From Camelus dromedarius (Eukaryota), in the NCBI RefSeq assembly GCF_036321535.1, contig NC_087437.1:23128001-23192000 (forward strand): a DNA stretch of 64,000 nucleotides, read 5' to 3'. Numbering within the stretch: the first letter of the stretch is position 1; every line of letters starts with the position of its first letter. Positions 12,061 through 25,360 of the stretch are shown in pieces. Under the pieces are notes generated by a model that did no database searches, was not told where the DNA came from, and worked only from the letters and a program-made list of their open reading frames with translations. The translations under genes and the position numbers were made by a program.

Positions 12061-14254
12061 TATGTAGTCTGTTGCTTAAAGAGATTTGCAATATTATTGC
12101 TCCTATTTTCATCGCCAAGAGACTGAGCAAAAGAAGTTAATTCACTTAGCAAAGTAAATTTACCAGAGACGGCACATTGGACACTCAAAGTCGTGTGCAT
12201 CCTTGCTGTCCTTCTTGCTTTAAACATCTGGAGTGAATCTTTAAAACAAAGGCTTCTGAGAGGGCAAAGTTTTTTCTCTGAAAAAATCTATAGTAGAGTG
12301 TCTTCCTGTCATCAAAGGAAACTGTGTTTGAGAAAAATGAAAGAGTCTAGAAGATGCTTCCGTGCTAATGGATCATGACCTTTCACCTGCCTCCCCCTCC
12401 TATTCCCTTTCAAAATGGGTACTTGCTGCCCCGGAGTCACCCCACATGCGACACACAGGCTTTCTGTAGGATCTGGGAGCTACACAGACCTTGGTGGCTC
12501 TGGTGTTTGCTGATTCGACTTCCTATCAAATAAACCACTTTCATTTGAAGCTGTGGTTCCTGTGGTGACCATTCAGGCAGGGGGTCGAGAGAGTTGACAA
12601 GCAAAGCAACTGAACTCTTTTCTATTCTAGCACTGTTGGTAGCCAGATGGCTTCCCTCTGTTCTCTGTTTCCTCTCCAGACTCCTCCTGCACAGCCTTTT
12701 TATTCCTCTTCCACTGAACACCAGATCTGCCCCAGTCCCAGCACTGGCCAGGCAACTCCCTTAGCTGCAAGCTTTCTACCTGTGGGCTCTTTGTGGCAGC
12801 TCACCCTAGAGACAGTGGGAACTTCTATACCAGGTAACCTGGAACCTGGTTCTTGACTAAGAGGTGAACATGCCACTGATACACAGAGAGAGTCCTGCAA
12901 AGATTTCTTATCCCTGCCCTGAGAAAAAATCCTGTACCCTCTCCTAACTACTCATGGACTTGCAGACCAGGACTGTTTGATGTATAATAGAACAGCCACT
13001 CACTGCCATTATACATCCTCTTGACGAGATGGTTATAGTCACTTTTAAAAAGTATTTCCCAAACATTTTTCTTTGATGCTTAGTTCTTTGCTCTAATTTC
13101 AGTTGTGCGACCGGCATAATCTCAATAACTCTTTTCATTTCAAGCCATTTCATTCCATTACCTACACTTTAATGCTTTGAAGCTGCCATGAAAATTTTAT
13201 AGACTAATTTTTTAAAGTATCACAAAAGTGAACGAGAGGCAATATATCTTATAATATCAGAATGCAACAGTATGACTCTGTCTTCAGATCTCTTTGAATC
13301 AGATGATCCCATGGGGTTTTATGGGATGCACGGTAAAGTTCAGCCTGGTTTGAAATTTTTGGTACCAATGATGGTATTTCTCATTAACACCTTACCAAAG
13401 GTTTTAGTAACTATACGAAAATTCACATGCTCACTCATTAGTGAAATAAGTTAAAAATGCCCATTTTTCAATGGATACATTTAAAGTAGATCTTCTTAGC
13501 ACTGAAACAGCTGAAAGAACATGCTGCTAGTTAAGGTGAATGAAGACAAGCTTCATATGACTAAAACGTACAATATAAGACTTGTCAGGTGGGAAATGAG
13601 AGAGGCAAGATGTGCAGAAAACTTAACTCCAGTGCCCTTCCAATAGGGTACATCTTTTCTTTCAAAAGACGAATATCAATTTTCAGTCTTTTATTTGCTA
13701 GTTCTTTTATGTACTTCCACAACAGGATTTTTCTGATAATGCTAGTCTTCTGCTGGAATCAGGGCTGTGACAAAACCTCAGCAGACTTTATACAGCATTG
13801 TCCTGTTTGCATAGGATCAACTAGGCTTTAGCAAATAATGTCCTTCAGTGATGTGGGCGGAAATGGTCTGGCAGGAGCTATGGTGATAGGGAAGGTTCTA
13901 TCTAGGACATCTCGTTCCCAGTTCATTGTGCAACCCATCAAGTGCCATTTCCTCTCCACTTAACAAAGACTGTTCTGTATTGTTCTGATCTTATTATTTA
14001 TTCCATTGGACTAATATGTCTATTCTTTTGTGAAAGTCATGCATGGCATGAAAATGTTTGTCTGTGATTAAACAATTGTTAACCTTCACTTTTATTTTTA
14101 ATTTTAGTAAATTTCAGATTTGCAGATTATTCAAATAGGTCTGTCCCAGTCATCCAGCCTTTGAACCCTTCTCCCTTATCTTTTTGGTTCAGATTGGGGC
14201 ATAAAAAAGAAAAATACATTGTCAGTTCAAATAAAAAGTGAGAAGGATGCTAAC

Positions 14255-14450
14255 TTTCCTCTAAAATTTGCGTGCAAGAGAACCACCTGGAAGGCTTGTT
14301 CAAACGCAGGTTGTTGCCCTCCCCAGCCAACTAACTAACCCCAGAGTTTCTGATCCAATAACCTGGAGAAGGGCTAAGAATTTACATTTCTATCCAGTTC
14401 CCAGGTAGGTTGGTATTGTGGGTCTGTAGACCACACTTTGAGAACCATTG
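14255..14450. mobile_element. MER5A-like hAT-Charlie MITE
   Basis: gaaccacctggaaggcttgtt...ccccagagtttctgat...tttacatttcta...gaccacactttgagaaccattg. Confidence 0.8.
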
Positions 14451-14957
14451 ATCCAAGTGAAATGCAGTGTTGAACTGAAATTCTTCTCTTGATCCCTTGC
14501 TTTTCTATTTTCGTATTTTAGCTTTCTCTGTCCACTCAGTCTTATCTATCTCTTTAAAGGGGTAGTGGCATCCTTGATCATGCATATCAGGAAGATAGCA
14601 GAGTCCACCTGTCCCCAGTCATCACCACCCCAGTGCTTCACAGGTTCTTTCTTCATCCCCCCAGCAGGCTCTCATGTACCCCATTTGGCTCCATAGTGGG
14701 GCTTCCACTATGTCCCTCATCCTTTCGATGATTCCTTTCTAAAGAGCTATCCTGGGTTGCCCCAGGGACTCTCCTTAAGGTCCAAATCCAATGTTCTCAC
14801 CCTTTTATCTTACACAAAATGGTAGACAAGAGATACTTGGTCATTTTTCATTTCCTCCTCTAGGTGGAATTGACCAGCGAACAGGCTGGATCCCATGGGT
14901 GGATCTACAGGGGAGGGGCATTGAATTCTTGATTTTTCTCTTTAGCTTATTTTCTTT

Positions 14958-15110
14958 CTTTTTAATTTAGGGTTTTTGGTTTTGGTGGGGAGGTAATTAG
15001 TTTTACTTACTTTTTTTTTTTTTTTTTTAAAGAGGAGGTACTGGGGAATTGAACCCAGGACCTCAATGTATGCTAGGCAAGTGCTCTACCATTTGAGATA
15101 TACCCTCCCC
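14958..15110 (-). mobile_element. Vic-1-type camelid tRNA-derived SINE
   Basis: Reverse complement starts ggggagggtatatctcaaatggtagagcacttgcctagcatacattgaggtcctgggttcaattccccagtacctcc (Pol III A/B boxes), then A-run, ctaattacctcccc and A-rich tail. Confidence 0.9.
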
Positions 15111-15324
15111 ACTACTTTCTTTTTTCCCTGAGTTTACACTTAAACACAGGTGGCTGTAGTCAAAGAGCTGAAGAGAAAGCATACCTAGGGAAATCGAATT
15201 AAGCAAACCTATTGCCCACGTACAATCATCTTGCTGATTTCTGAGCTCTTTTTCTACATTATACTGTTTGCATGCATCACAGAGCCTTCAGGACATACAT
15301 TAATATAATTTAATAAGTAATTAT

Positions 15325-15550
15325 AACTGTTGTAATTTACTGGAAGTTTTAATAAATGCCAGGAGTATAGTGTTTTCCCTGCCTTTTCCCTTAAACCTCA
15401 CAATTCCACTATATAGTATCACTACATTTTTCACCTAGAAAAGTGAATGTTACAAATTTAGACAGTTTGCTTAAGATCCCTCAGTTAGTAATTGGCAGTG
15501 CTGGCATCTGTGCTCAGATCTCATTTTAAACTCCATCATCCGGATACTTT
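15325..15550 (-). mobile_element. MIR SINE
   Basis: cttaaacctcacaattcc...gcttaagatccctcagttagtaattggcagtgctgg. Confidence 0.6.
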
Positions 15551-15629
15551 AACAAATAGAATTACTTTGAGAAGGAATGGTAATTTTGCTGTGGGAAACT
15601 AGCTGAGGCTAGTGATTTGGTGACTAATA

Positions 15630-15810
15630 ACAATAATAGTAATAACAAATATTAATAACACTTACGGGTGCACTATGTTCCAGGCTACATGCTTTACACG
15701 ATTTTGCTCGTTTAATCTTCAGAGCAACAGTAGGATGCAGGTACTGTTATTATTCTCGTTTTACATATGTGGAAAGTGAGACTCAGAAATATTAAATTTG
15801 TTTCCCCAGA
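15630..15810 (-). mobile_element. MIR SINE
   Basis: gtttaatcttcagagcaacagtaggatgcaggtactgttattattctcgttttacatatgtggaaagtgagactcaga. Confidence 0.8.
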
Positions 15811-15859
15811 GTTCTGTGTCCCCTGATGCTAGTAGCTAAGTGAGTCACAGTGGCAGGCA

Positions 15860-16090
15860 ACTCTGAACACATATTGTGAGAAAGTAACAGAAACCCTGAC
15901 CTGCCAATGAGAAGAGCTTAGTTCTAGTCCTGGCTCTGGCACCAGTCATGTTGAAACTTGTATTTGTACAGTGCTTTATAGTTTTAATGACTTCTATGTG
16001 CATTTCAACTTAACCAGTTTACTTTCTGACCCTATCCAAGTTTCATAAAATTTCTCAGCCTCAGTTTCCTCATCTGTAGAATAAGGCGGT
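15860..16090 (+). mobile_element. MIR fragments
   Basis: gttctagtcctggctctggcacc ... tctcagcctcagtttcctcatctgtagaat. Confidence 0.6.
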
Positions 16091-16784
16091 TACATGACAG
16101 GCAATTTTCATGCTGTTAGCTTCAACATTTTCTAATTATGGGAATTAGAGGCAGTCTTATGAATTTTGTTCACAATTCCAAATTCTTGCTTTCATTTCTA
16201 GATAAGCAAAGAGGAGAGACATTCTTATTATTGTTTTATAATAAACTTTTACTTACACAAGTCTCCCATAAGTTTTAAACAAAGAATGTTCATAAAAAAG
16301 CAAATAGTACAGAATTCTAAAATGTAATCCCCTTTCTTCCTCTATTCTCATTCTCCGCATCTCATGCCTGAAAGAAATAATTTTATATGGATTAAGTTTG
16401 TATGGATTTTTAAAAATAAATTCTGTATAACAAAATTGATTTCCAAACTTTCTCTCCCTTAGATACACAGACTTTCTTACGTCTGAGGGCTGATGACTAA
16501 AACAAACAAACAAAAACATTCTGGAATAGTGGTATGCATGTGTGTTTTTTGGGGGTGTATGCTCACATTTGAAAGAAAAAAGAAAACAACAACAAAACCT
16601 AATCAAGTCTAGTCACCAGGAACATACTGAATTTGGCAAAAAAAAAAACAAACAAACAAACAAAAAAAAACTTCAGTGTCCTCTACCACTCACTCTGTAG
16701 ATGCACTCAGGGCATTCTGGGAGTGAGGAGATGGAAGTAACTTATCAGTCCCATGGTCCAACTCCATCCAGTGGGGCCAGTAAA

Positions 16785-17005
16785 GGCAGCAGTTATAGTG
16801 GCCAAGAGCACAGACCCAGGAGCCAGACCATCTGAATTTGAATCTCAGGGCCAACACTTACTACCTGTGTTCTCTTGAACAAACTGCCTCTTTTTGCCTC
16901 AGTTTCCCTATTTATAAGTTGTTTTGAGTATTAAGTAAATTAATATTTGTTAAGAATTTCAAACAGCACTTGGAATATGATAAGCATTATATAAGGGTCT
17001 ATTCT
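16785..17005 (+). mobile_element. MIR SINE (near full length)
   Basis: tatagtggccaagagcacagacccaggagccagac...acttactacctgtg...gcctcagtttccc...aacagcacttggaatatgataagc. Confidence 0.8.
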
Positions 17006-17139
17006 AACGTAAACAATGCAGAATCTCTTTCTATAATCGTTTCTAATTGACAGTCTTGTTCATAGTTGTTTCTGAATGCCTAGCCTGGAGCTTGGCAAAT
17101 TTTAGTTGCTCAGTTAAGTATTTTTGAATGAACAATACT

Positions 17140-17300
17140 TGAATACTTTCAGAGGTGGGGATCATAACCTCACAAATAAACCCATTTCCTAATCAAATGG
17201 CTCTAGATAATAGAAAAATTTTTCTTATAGTAAGTCAAAAACTGTATCTCCTTTAATTCCTACCCATTACTCCTAGTTCCAAATTCTGCAGTAACTCACT
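17140..17300 (-). mobile_element. L3/CR1 LINE fragment
   Basis: ctctagataatagaaaaatttttcttatagtaagtcaaaaactgtatctcctttaattcctacccattactcctagttcc. Confidence 0.55.
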
Positions 17301-17969
17301 AAGAGTTCAGCCCATTGAATGGAAGGCATCTTTTCACATATTTGGAAGATTTTTTTTGCATACTGCCTCCTTTTGGGGCTGAGCGTTCCTCAAGAATTAT
17401 TCTATAATCTGACATCTAGACACCTTATATTCACTACCAACATTTTCCTTTCAGAACTTTTCCTCCTGACCTTAGCCTGCTCATAAAACTTTTGGACTAT
17501 TTGGGAATCCCCACTGTGGCTTTATAGAGAGATCCTACCTGACAAGTGATTTTTCTTTTAACTTTACCCAATGAAGTCTTACTTGACTGTTACCCATTCT
17601 TAAAAACTCATCTCTATGATAATTCAGGGAATTAATTCAAAGTTAAATTATTTATACTTCATAAGGGTTTCATTGGTATCTAGAAGTCAACTCAGTAAAT
17701 AATTGTAACAAATACATTAGGGCTTTAGTATATTTGGCTTCTATCTTTCTTGTTCTGTAAATTGGTAAGCAAGGCATAAGAATAAACAGTTGTGGGCTTT
17801 GGAGGCAGGCAGACTTAAATTTTGATCACCAGCTGTGTTTCCATGGACAGTGGCCTGTCCAGGCTTCAAAATTCAGAGGAATTACATTCAATAATTTACG
17901 TGAGAACAATTAGCTCTGGACTTGCTACAGAGTAAGGTATTTAAGAACTTTCATTGTCTTTCATTGAGT

Positions 17970-18500
17970 TTTTCAAACACGTCTCTAGTTCTTTAATTTC
18001 AACAGACCTTAAGGCAGACCGTATTCATTTTTCACCCAGATGATTGTGTTTACTTCCCTCCCTGCAGTCTTTCCTCTGCATTGCTACCAGAATTATATTT
18101 CTAAAACAGATTGTGTCATATTACTGCCTTCTTAGGAACTTCTGGTGATGTCTATATTGCTTAAAGAAGAAAGCCATTTTTGGCTTGGACAGATACATGA
18201 CTAGGTTTTCAACCTATCTTGCTGGCATCATTACAGGACCATTTTTCATCTTATACTTTCTACTTTTATCACATCAGACAGTTAGGCAAGATGGCTGTAT
18301 AACAAATACTTTCGTATCTTTAAATCTTTGAACATGCAGTGTCTTTAACATAGAGTGCCTTCCACTCTCTTCTTTAGAGTTACTTTTTACCTTACCAAAT
18401 CCTGCCTATTCTTTTGTGTTCATTTCAAATGCTTCCTTCTCTATAAAGCCATCCCTGAGTTTCCCAGGCAGAATTCATTATTTGCTTTTTTGTATTCCAC
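17970..18500 (+). mobile_element. L2 LINE fragment
   Basis: cattgctaccagaattatatttctaaaacagattgtgtcatattactgcc...gtgtctttaacatagagtgccttcc...catttcaaatgcttccttctctataaagcc. Confidence 0.6.
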
Positions 18501-18858
18501 TTACATGTTTATACCTTTTGGGTACATATACATGATTATATTTTAGCTACTTGTGTAATTACAGTTGTAATCACATTTCATTTAGTATCTTACAGTCATA
18601 ACATTTGTCTACTTGCATTTGATCTTCACAGTCATTCCTCAGATCAGAACTCCTATTTTATTTATGAGTGAAGTTGGAGACAAGAGTCTCAGTTGAACAT
18701 GGTAATACCTCAATAAAGAATTTAGTTAGCATTTTTTAAGATTTACCATGTATGAAGCATTATTCTAAGTGCCTTAGAGGTGTTAAATCAATTAATTCCT
18801 TACCATAGCCCCCTAAGGTAAGTAATAGTGCTGTGTTTCTTTGATTTTTTTAAAGATA

Positions 18859-19357
18859 TATCTTGTTCAGTTAGCTATTGCTGTATAAGAAAATTTCCCA
18901 AAATCTAATGGCCTCAAATAACAACTATTCTTGCTCACAAGCCTATAGAGTGGTTTTGTTGATCTGGGTGGGCTCAGCTGATCTCATATAAACTTGCTCA
19001 TGCATCTGCGGTCAGCTGATGGGTTGGTTGGGGGCTGGGTGATCTAGCAAAACCTTGATTAGGAAGAACTGTCTCTATTCTATATGATCCCTCTGCTTGT
19101 TAGCAGGTTAGTGCGGGTTTATTTTCCTGGAAATGGCAGAGTTCAAGTACCAACTGGAAATGTGCAAGGCCTCTTGAGCTTAGGTTTGCAATTGGCACAC
19201 CATTTTGTCTGTCATGTAGTATTGGCCAAGACAGGTCATGAGGCATGCAGAGACCGTTGGGGAAATAGACCTCTAGATGGGAGGACCTGTGAAGTCATGA
19301 TGCAAAGCACATGGATTCAGGGAAGAAAAGAATCAGGGCCATATTTGCAATTAATGT
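18859..19357 (-). mobile_element. MaLR LTR (MLT1G/H-like)
   Basis: cagttagctattgctgtataag...ctcatgcatctgcggtcagctg...tgcaaggcctcttgag...gtattggccaag...gatgggaggacctg...gggccatatttgcaa. Confidence 0.8.
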
Positions 19358-19419
19358 GCTGCGCATTATTTTTTTCTTCATTATAGCATCTCTGAAATTG
19401 GTGTTATAATCAGTGTTCC

Positions 19420-19782
19420 CTTGAAATGTCTTCAGCTTGGATTTCCATCAAATCCTTCCAGAGACAATTTGTGTTTCCTTCCGCCAGTCACCTGGAGTAT
19501 GAGCAACCTAAAGTTACTTGCAAATAAATTCTCTTTTGAGATTTGTCAGACCATAGTGTGAATTAGGCCAGCTGAATGGCATGATTACTGGCTTCTTGTT
19601 CATATTTTAGGGGATGTATTTTTTCCTTTCTTTTCACTCTGTGCCAAAGTGGAGGTGTGCAAGTTTTCTGGTTCCCTTTTCTGTGTGTCAAGACTTTTTC
19701 TCATTTTCCTCATGTTGAAGTCATAGCCCTTTGGTATATCCACTTTATACAGTGTCTTCTTTTTAACTCCCTCCTTTGGGTG
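19420..19782 (-). mobile_element. Old L1ME 5'-region fragment (tentative)
   Basis: aatttgtgtttccttccgccagtcacctgg...gcaagttttctggttccc resembles antisense L1ME 5' sequence. Confidence 0.4.
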
Positions 19783-21943
19783 ATTTTTCTTTTCTAGTAG
19801 TACATAAAATAATGGTATGTCATAATCAAAGGCATCTTAGATAAAGTATGGTACATTTCTACTTCAAAGGTCAGGAATTTAATCCATGGTGCTTTTAATT
19901 AAGTTGCCAAAGGCCTATTTGATATGGCTGTTTAATAGTGGATGAAGGATGGAAGCCCAGATACTCTGGCTGTGGGACCCCTACTACTAACCACTGCCAT
20001 TATTCAATTAGGGAACTGAATATTTAACTTTAAAAAATGCGTTATAACTTAGAAATTTCCTCATATCGTACCTTTTATCACCAGTTGTCTTGACAACCCT
20101 CTCTAACAGTAGATGGGGGTTACATTATAAATAATTTAATAGGTACATACACATATAAAGGATAAAAAATAATGTTCTTTGTCTTCTAGGAAATACACAT
20201 TATTTGATTAGTGACTTAACTTTATGAGTTTAATAATATATGTGGTTCCGGATCTACTGTAAGTCCATTAAGAGAGACTTTCCAACAGTATTTAAAAAAT
20301 ATGTATCTACAATCACCCTATTATAATTAGCTGTTTCCATGCTGCTATAATACTGCATCTCCCCTAGACAGTAAGGCTCATTACTATATCTTTTGTCTAA
20401 TAGCTGTGTCTATCTACTAAATTATGCACTGTTAAGAACAGAAGCCACATGATCACTTGACTCACCAAAACCCTTTTATTCAAATAGTTCATGTACAATG
20501 GGCAGCCAACAAGTATTAATTAAAAGATAGTGAATGAAACCCCCAACAACAAGAACATGTCATCTAACTGGGAAGATTTGTGAGTCTGAAATTTTAATAT
20601 TTAGTTTTTTTAATTTTGCAAAGAATTACCTTGTTGCCCTACGCTGTTGTTTTTTTCATCTAGCTTTACACTTAGAAATCTTAAAACATTTTTAAAAATT
20701 CCGTACAAGTTGAGATAAGCTCTGAAATATTTCCCAGTAAAGAACCATGAGTTTTTCTCAAGCTAGAAAACAGCAGTGGGATATTAAATATTTAAAAACA
20801 CCACAAAGTGTTCCTTCTGAGCTGCCAACCCTTTCTAAAGAAATGTATTAAAAGAATTCCCTCCAGTCTCTGTAAGATCCCCGCATTCCATGAATAAAGG
20901 TAATACTTTTTCCTCTGTGCTGTAAACAAATCTAAGATTTCTTCATACTGAAACTCCTGAAAGTAAACATACGATGCTTACTCTTATAAGCTGTTAGGAG
21001 GCCCCCAAATAGATTTTCAGCACCTACAAGCAGCGAGCTTTGGTTACTGGAAAGTGCCATATGTTTCTCAGTCTGGCATGCTGGTATATGGGTTTTCAGT
21101 TTTCTTCCAGTTGGAGACATGTAGTGTCAGACTGTAACACTAATGAATAAGACAAATAGTTCAGAATCTTTCTAATTTCTTAAGTAGATGTCTGGGCATA
21201 TTTAGTTTAACAGATTTGGGAGTTGACATATGTTATATCCATATTTCATTTGGGGTAAATAAAACAGTGATCTTCTAATGGATAAACATTCTTCAATTAT
21301 TTTTCTACACTAAGATTCTCTCTGAAATATCGTATTTTATGAAATTTGCCCTCACTTTTTTTTTTCTGCTAGCCTTTTACTTGGTAGTACTTATTTATCA
21401 TCTTCCTCTTCTCTCTTTTTTTTTTTTACACTATATTATATTGGCTCAAAGAGATTTTGTTTTTAAGTCTCAAAGTGTGACTAAAATGTTAAATATTTAG
21501 CTGTTATTCTTCATAAGCATTTAGTGGTTATAATAATATGTATTTTTCTTTTAAAGTTAGGTTTCAGGCAACTTTTGTTGCATTTAACAATTCATTTTTG
21601 AGTCTTAAGTTGATTTATTTTCAACATAAATCCTTGAAAATTATTTCTGTTCAACAAATGATTGGTAGATATAGTAACACTAAGAAAGAGAATAGTAACT
21701 AACATTTTGCTTAGCAATGTTTTAAATGCTTTAGTTGCATCAAAATAATATAATTAAAATGAAGAAAATATACAGTGCTTTTTAGTTCTAAGAATTAAAT
21801 AACTGCTTACACAAAAGAAAACCATATAGTAGATTTATTGTGTTGATTTGGGATTTAAAGAGCTATTATAGTGTGGGGCAATTCTGAAAGCTTTCTTTCG
21901 TATTTTTCTTAACCTGTTCAGAAGGGGAATCAAATTAAGTCTG

Positions 21944-22430
21944 TGTGGTAGCCACCAAAGATGGCTGCCATCCATTCCTTCTGTCTCTATACATGCATGC
22001 CACTCCTCCATCCAAAAGTAGAATGGAATTCTTCCTTCTATAATTCTGGGTTGCCCTCAGAATGCTCTGATCAATAGAATGTAGCATGGGTGGCATCCTA
22101 GGTCTTCAGAGGCCAGGCCTTGAGAGGACAGGGGCCTCCTAATTCCTCCTTTTTGGATCCCAGCAGCTGTTCTGTGAGGAAGGCTGAGGAACCCCATGGA
22201 TAGGTCCACATGGAAGAGAATGGAAGGTTTTGGCTGTCAGCCCCTACTGAGCTCCCAGTTGGTCATCAGCATCAATTTTGTGCTGTATGAATAAAGCCTT
22301 TTGGACCTTGCAGCCATCTTAGCATCCCCACCTGGCAAGGAAAACACAAAACGTGCCCAATCAACCCACATGCGTAGGATATGTAACTTGGGTTAGCTTG
22401 CGATGCTGTGTAAGGAGAAAGACTAGAACT
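21944..22430 (+). mobile_element. MaLR LTR (MLT1F/G-like)
   Basis: tgtggtagccaccaaagatggctgcc...atcaatagaatgtagc...gaggccaggccttgagagg...gtccacatggaagagaa...gagctcccag. Confidence 0.75.
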
Positions 22431-25114
22431 AGGTCAGATAATCAGCATGAGGTCTGAGGGATCAGGGAAACAGGACACCAGGGCCTGTGAGGCAAGTTTG
22501 GCATTCTAAACTCTAAGCTGTTTAGTTTCTCACGGTGAATTGGGGGTGATTTTTCCACGCTTCTACAAGTAATGTCCTTACCATACACTCAAGGCTGAAG
22601 AGAGAGAAAGGCTAGTTTATTATCTTAAAAAATGTGTCTCTTTTAGCCAATCAATACACAGAGAAGCCAGAAAGGCTTTCAGAGAGGGTCTTCTTAATCT
22701 CAGTCGTTTATTTGCAAGCAAAGGACACCTGGGGTGGTTTGGGGTCAGGGCTTCACCCTATTCAGTTTGTTTTACTGCTTTCTTAAAGAGCATTAATCTT
22801 GTCCCCTTTCTTCCTTTAGCACTAATTCTGTTCTATCAGTCTTGTTCCCACACCCCCTTCTAGAGCATGCATTTGGAGGAGGCAGTTTAAGGCAACTTCC
22901 CCTCAGGAGTGCAAACTCAAAAAGTCTGCTGTCTCCAAGATGGTCCTATATTTTACTGCAGTTTTAATGCCAGTTTCACATAGCATTATAAAGGCTGTTA
23001 TGCTGAAATATTGAGTCTCTTTTTCCTGTTCTCAGTTGCTTTACATAAGGCAACCTTATTTTTCTTTGCATTGTATATTCTGTTTCCAAGGCAACCCTTC
23101 CTTGCTCCCCTCCCCCCACAATCTGTCACAAAATGACAGCCTCAGATTGAAAATTTGTAGATCTTTTTGTTGATTTTTATCAGAATATTTTTAGGTCTTC
23201 AACTTTTCTAATGAAATCAGTCAATTCAAAGAGATAGGAATTTTTTTTTCCACCCATAGCGGAAAAATGCCTTTGTTTTTGTTGCTGAGATACCAACAAG
23301 GCTTTCTTAAATTATTTTCCATACAGTTAGTTCAGCATGACTCATCTGATTGGCCTAGAGATTTTGCTTGGATTGGTGAAGTTTTTCCTCTATTAAAATT
23401 TTATCATAAATTCTCAAGATTCTGAAACATCTGGAAAGAGTTTTCAGGAGCAGGAGATCAGTTAGGGTATTTCCTCCATGTCCTGGTAAAACCTCTGCTC
23501 ACCTAACCGTGGGAGCAAAGGCTACTGCCTTGCGTAAGTATCCCTGACCTGGTCTCTCCTGGCTTCCCAGGGTCTGTGAGGTTGTTCCTTTTGTTCTTTC
23601 GTTAAACTCAGCTACTGGCTACTTTATAATTTAATGATTTGGTGAAGTGTACTTGCCCAAAAGCTATTAATTGTAGGAAGTAACTTTAAAGAGTTTTAAA
23701 GTTGATTAGAACATCCAGAGAGGTATAACTTAAAGGAAAAAATAAAAATAAAATAAGGATATTATAGCAAGAAGGAAATATTTTTCTGTAATAAAACCGA
23801 AATGAAGTCAAGATTCAAAACTCATTGAATTTCATTAGGTCATCCTACAGTAGTTCATGCCTTATTGGTATGAGGTAAAAATTCAGACAGTTAATAGCAG
23901 GCACTGAAGCCAACACAGTAACACTGGAATCAATTTTAATTGTATGAGAGGTTTTATATATATATTGAATCTAATAGCACTGGTCAAGCTATTTGAAATA
24001 TTTAAACACATTAGGAGGTTATATAATCTGAAATAACCAATTATGGCTTTTTAAATGATCAGACTATAGAGGGTTTTTTAATGGAGTATTTAGAAATACT
24101 GGTGTTATGGAAAAATAATTTCTTGCAAATGCATAGGAACTTTGAAGTATCAGTTCTTTTCTAAGGAAGAGGGGAATCAAAATTATCTTCCAATCATTTG
24201 AAAATAAAAACAAGGCTGGCAGATGAAATTTTTGTCAGTTCAGACACGGAATAAATCAGTTTCTTGGTTAATGTGATAAAATTCCAGCTCTCAGGAATGC
24301 AGAGAAGGCTATTTGAAGCACTGAGACCCTTGGGTATATAGAGGTCATTTCTATATTAAAGAGGACAATGCATTATTTGCAAAATGCCACTCTTTCTGCA
24401 TGTTTGTGATGAATTTCTTGAAAATTAATGATAGTCTCCAGAAATAGCTGCTGTCAGTCCCTGTAGAGTTGACAACACAGATTGCACCATCCCACATTCA
24501 TCAGGAGGAAGATTACAAAATATGTCAGCAGGGCCAAAAGGCTGGTGGCCGATGTTTTACCTCTATATTAGCATGTGCCGATGGAAGAAAGGTATTTTAT
24601 TCAGCAAAAGAGACGCAATGAAGGATGCATGAAAAATAATTTATTAAAAATCCAAATGGCCTTAGCTGCAAGTAATCCTAAATTTCAAAAAGCTCCATTT
24701 TGTTTCCACGTGATTCGGTAGCTTCCTCTATTCTTCATCTCAAATACTTGAAAATACTGAAGTATCTTCTAAATCCTCAAGTCAGGATTCAGGAATTCGA
24801 GTTTTGTTTGTTTGTTTTGTTTTGTTTCTAAATTCTAATCACTGAGACACAGGCAGTACATTGTTTCCTCTAGGTTAGCAGAAGACTTTGTTAACTAAAA
24901 CGCTTTGTTAAAGCACTTCGGATTTTGAAGCGTGGCATTCACAATGACCACATGTCAAATGAATTTCCTTCCTCATATGAGGCCATATATTGAAGTCAAG
25001 GAGAGTATAGAAAGAGTCAAAGATATGTTGGGGGAAAGGATCCTGTGTGTATGAGAACTATACCGAAGTGAAGTAACAGGGTCAAAGACAGAGATTTGGG
25101 TGTGAAGATATCTT

Positions 25115-25360
25115 CACAATAATAATAGTCCCTAATGTTTATTAAGCACTTTTCATGTAGTCAGTGTGCTCACTAATTAACAGAAATAAAGCAGTGTTAC
25201 GTTACTGTTGTTGTAATGGTATGATATTTACGCTCATTTCATAAGTGCAGACATTGAGTGATGGAGTGCTTAAATGGCTTGCCCAAGGCCATACAGCTGG
25301 TCACTGGTGGTTAGTTAATTGAACCCAGACTGTTTGAATCCAAATTTCCAAACTCTCAAA
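25115..25360 (-). mobile_element. MIR SINE
   Basis: aatgtttattaagcac...ggcttgcccaaggccatacagctgg...tgaacccagactgtttgaatcc. Confidence 0.7.

Larger units (their letters stand above)
18831..19851. mobile_element. MER104-like TcMar-Tc2 MITE in three pieces (18831-18858, about 19358-19415, about 19783-19851)
   Basis: ctgtgtttctttgatt...; catctctgaaattgg; tttctttctagtagtacataaaataatggtatgtcataatcaaaggcatcttagat...tatgg followed by TA. Confidence 0.6.
18715..20005 (-). mobile_element. MIR split into two halves (about 18715-18830 and 19852-20005) by nested insertions
   Basis: Left: ttaccatgtatgaagcattattctaagtgcc...ccctaaggtaagta; right: aagttgccaaagg...ggaagcccagatactctggct...ctaaccactgcc. Confidence 0.55.

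Noticed and set aside
14692..14712. Short hairpins (catagtgg/ccactatg; also near 17846, 49310, 59428, 61159) and short direct repeats (8226-8253, about 61706-61728)
   Set aside because: Stems of 7-8 bp and 9-12-bp duplications are expected by chance or slippage in 64 kb of AT-rich DNA
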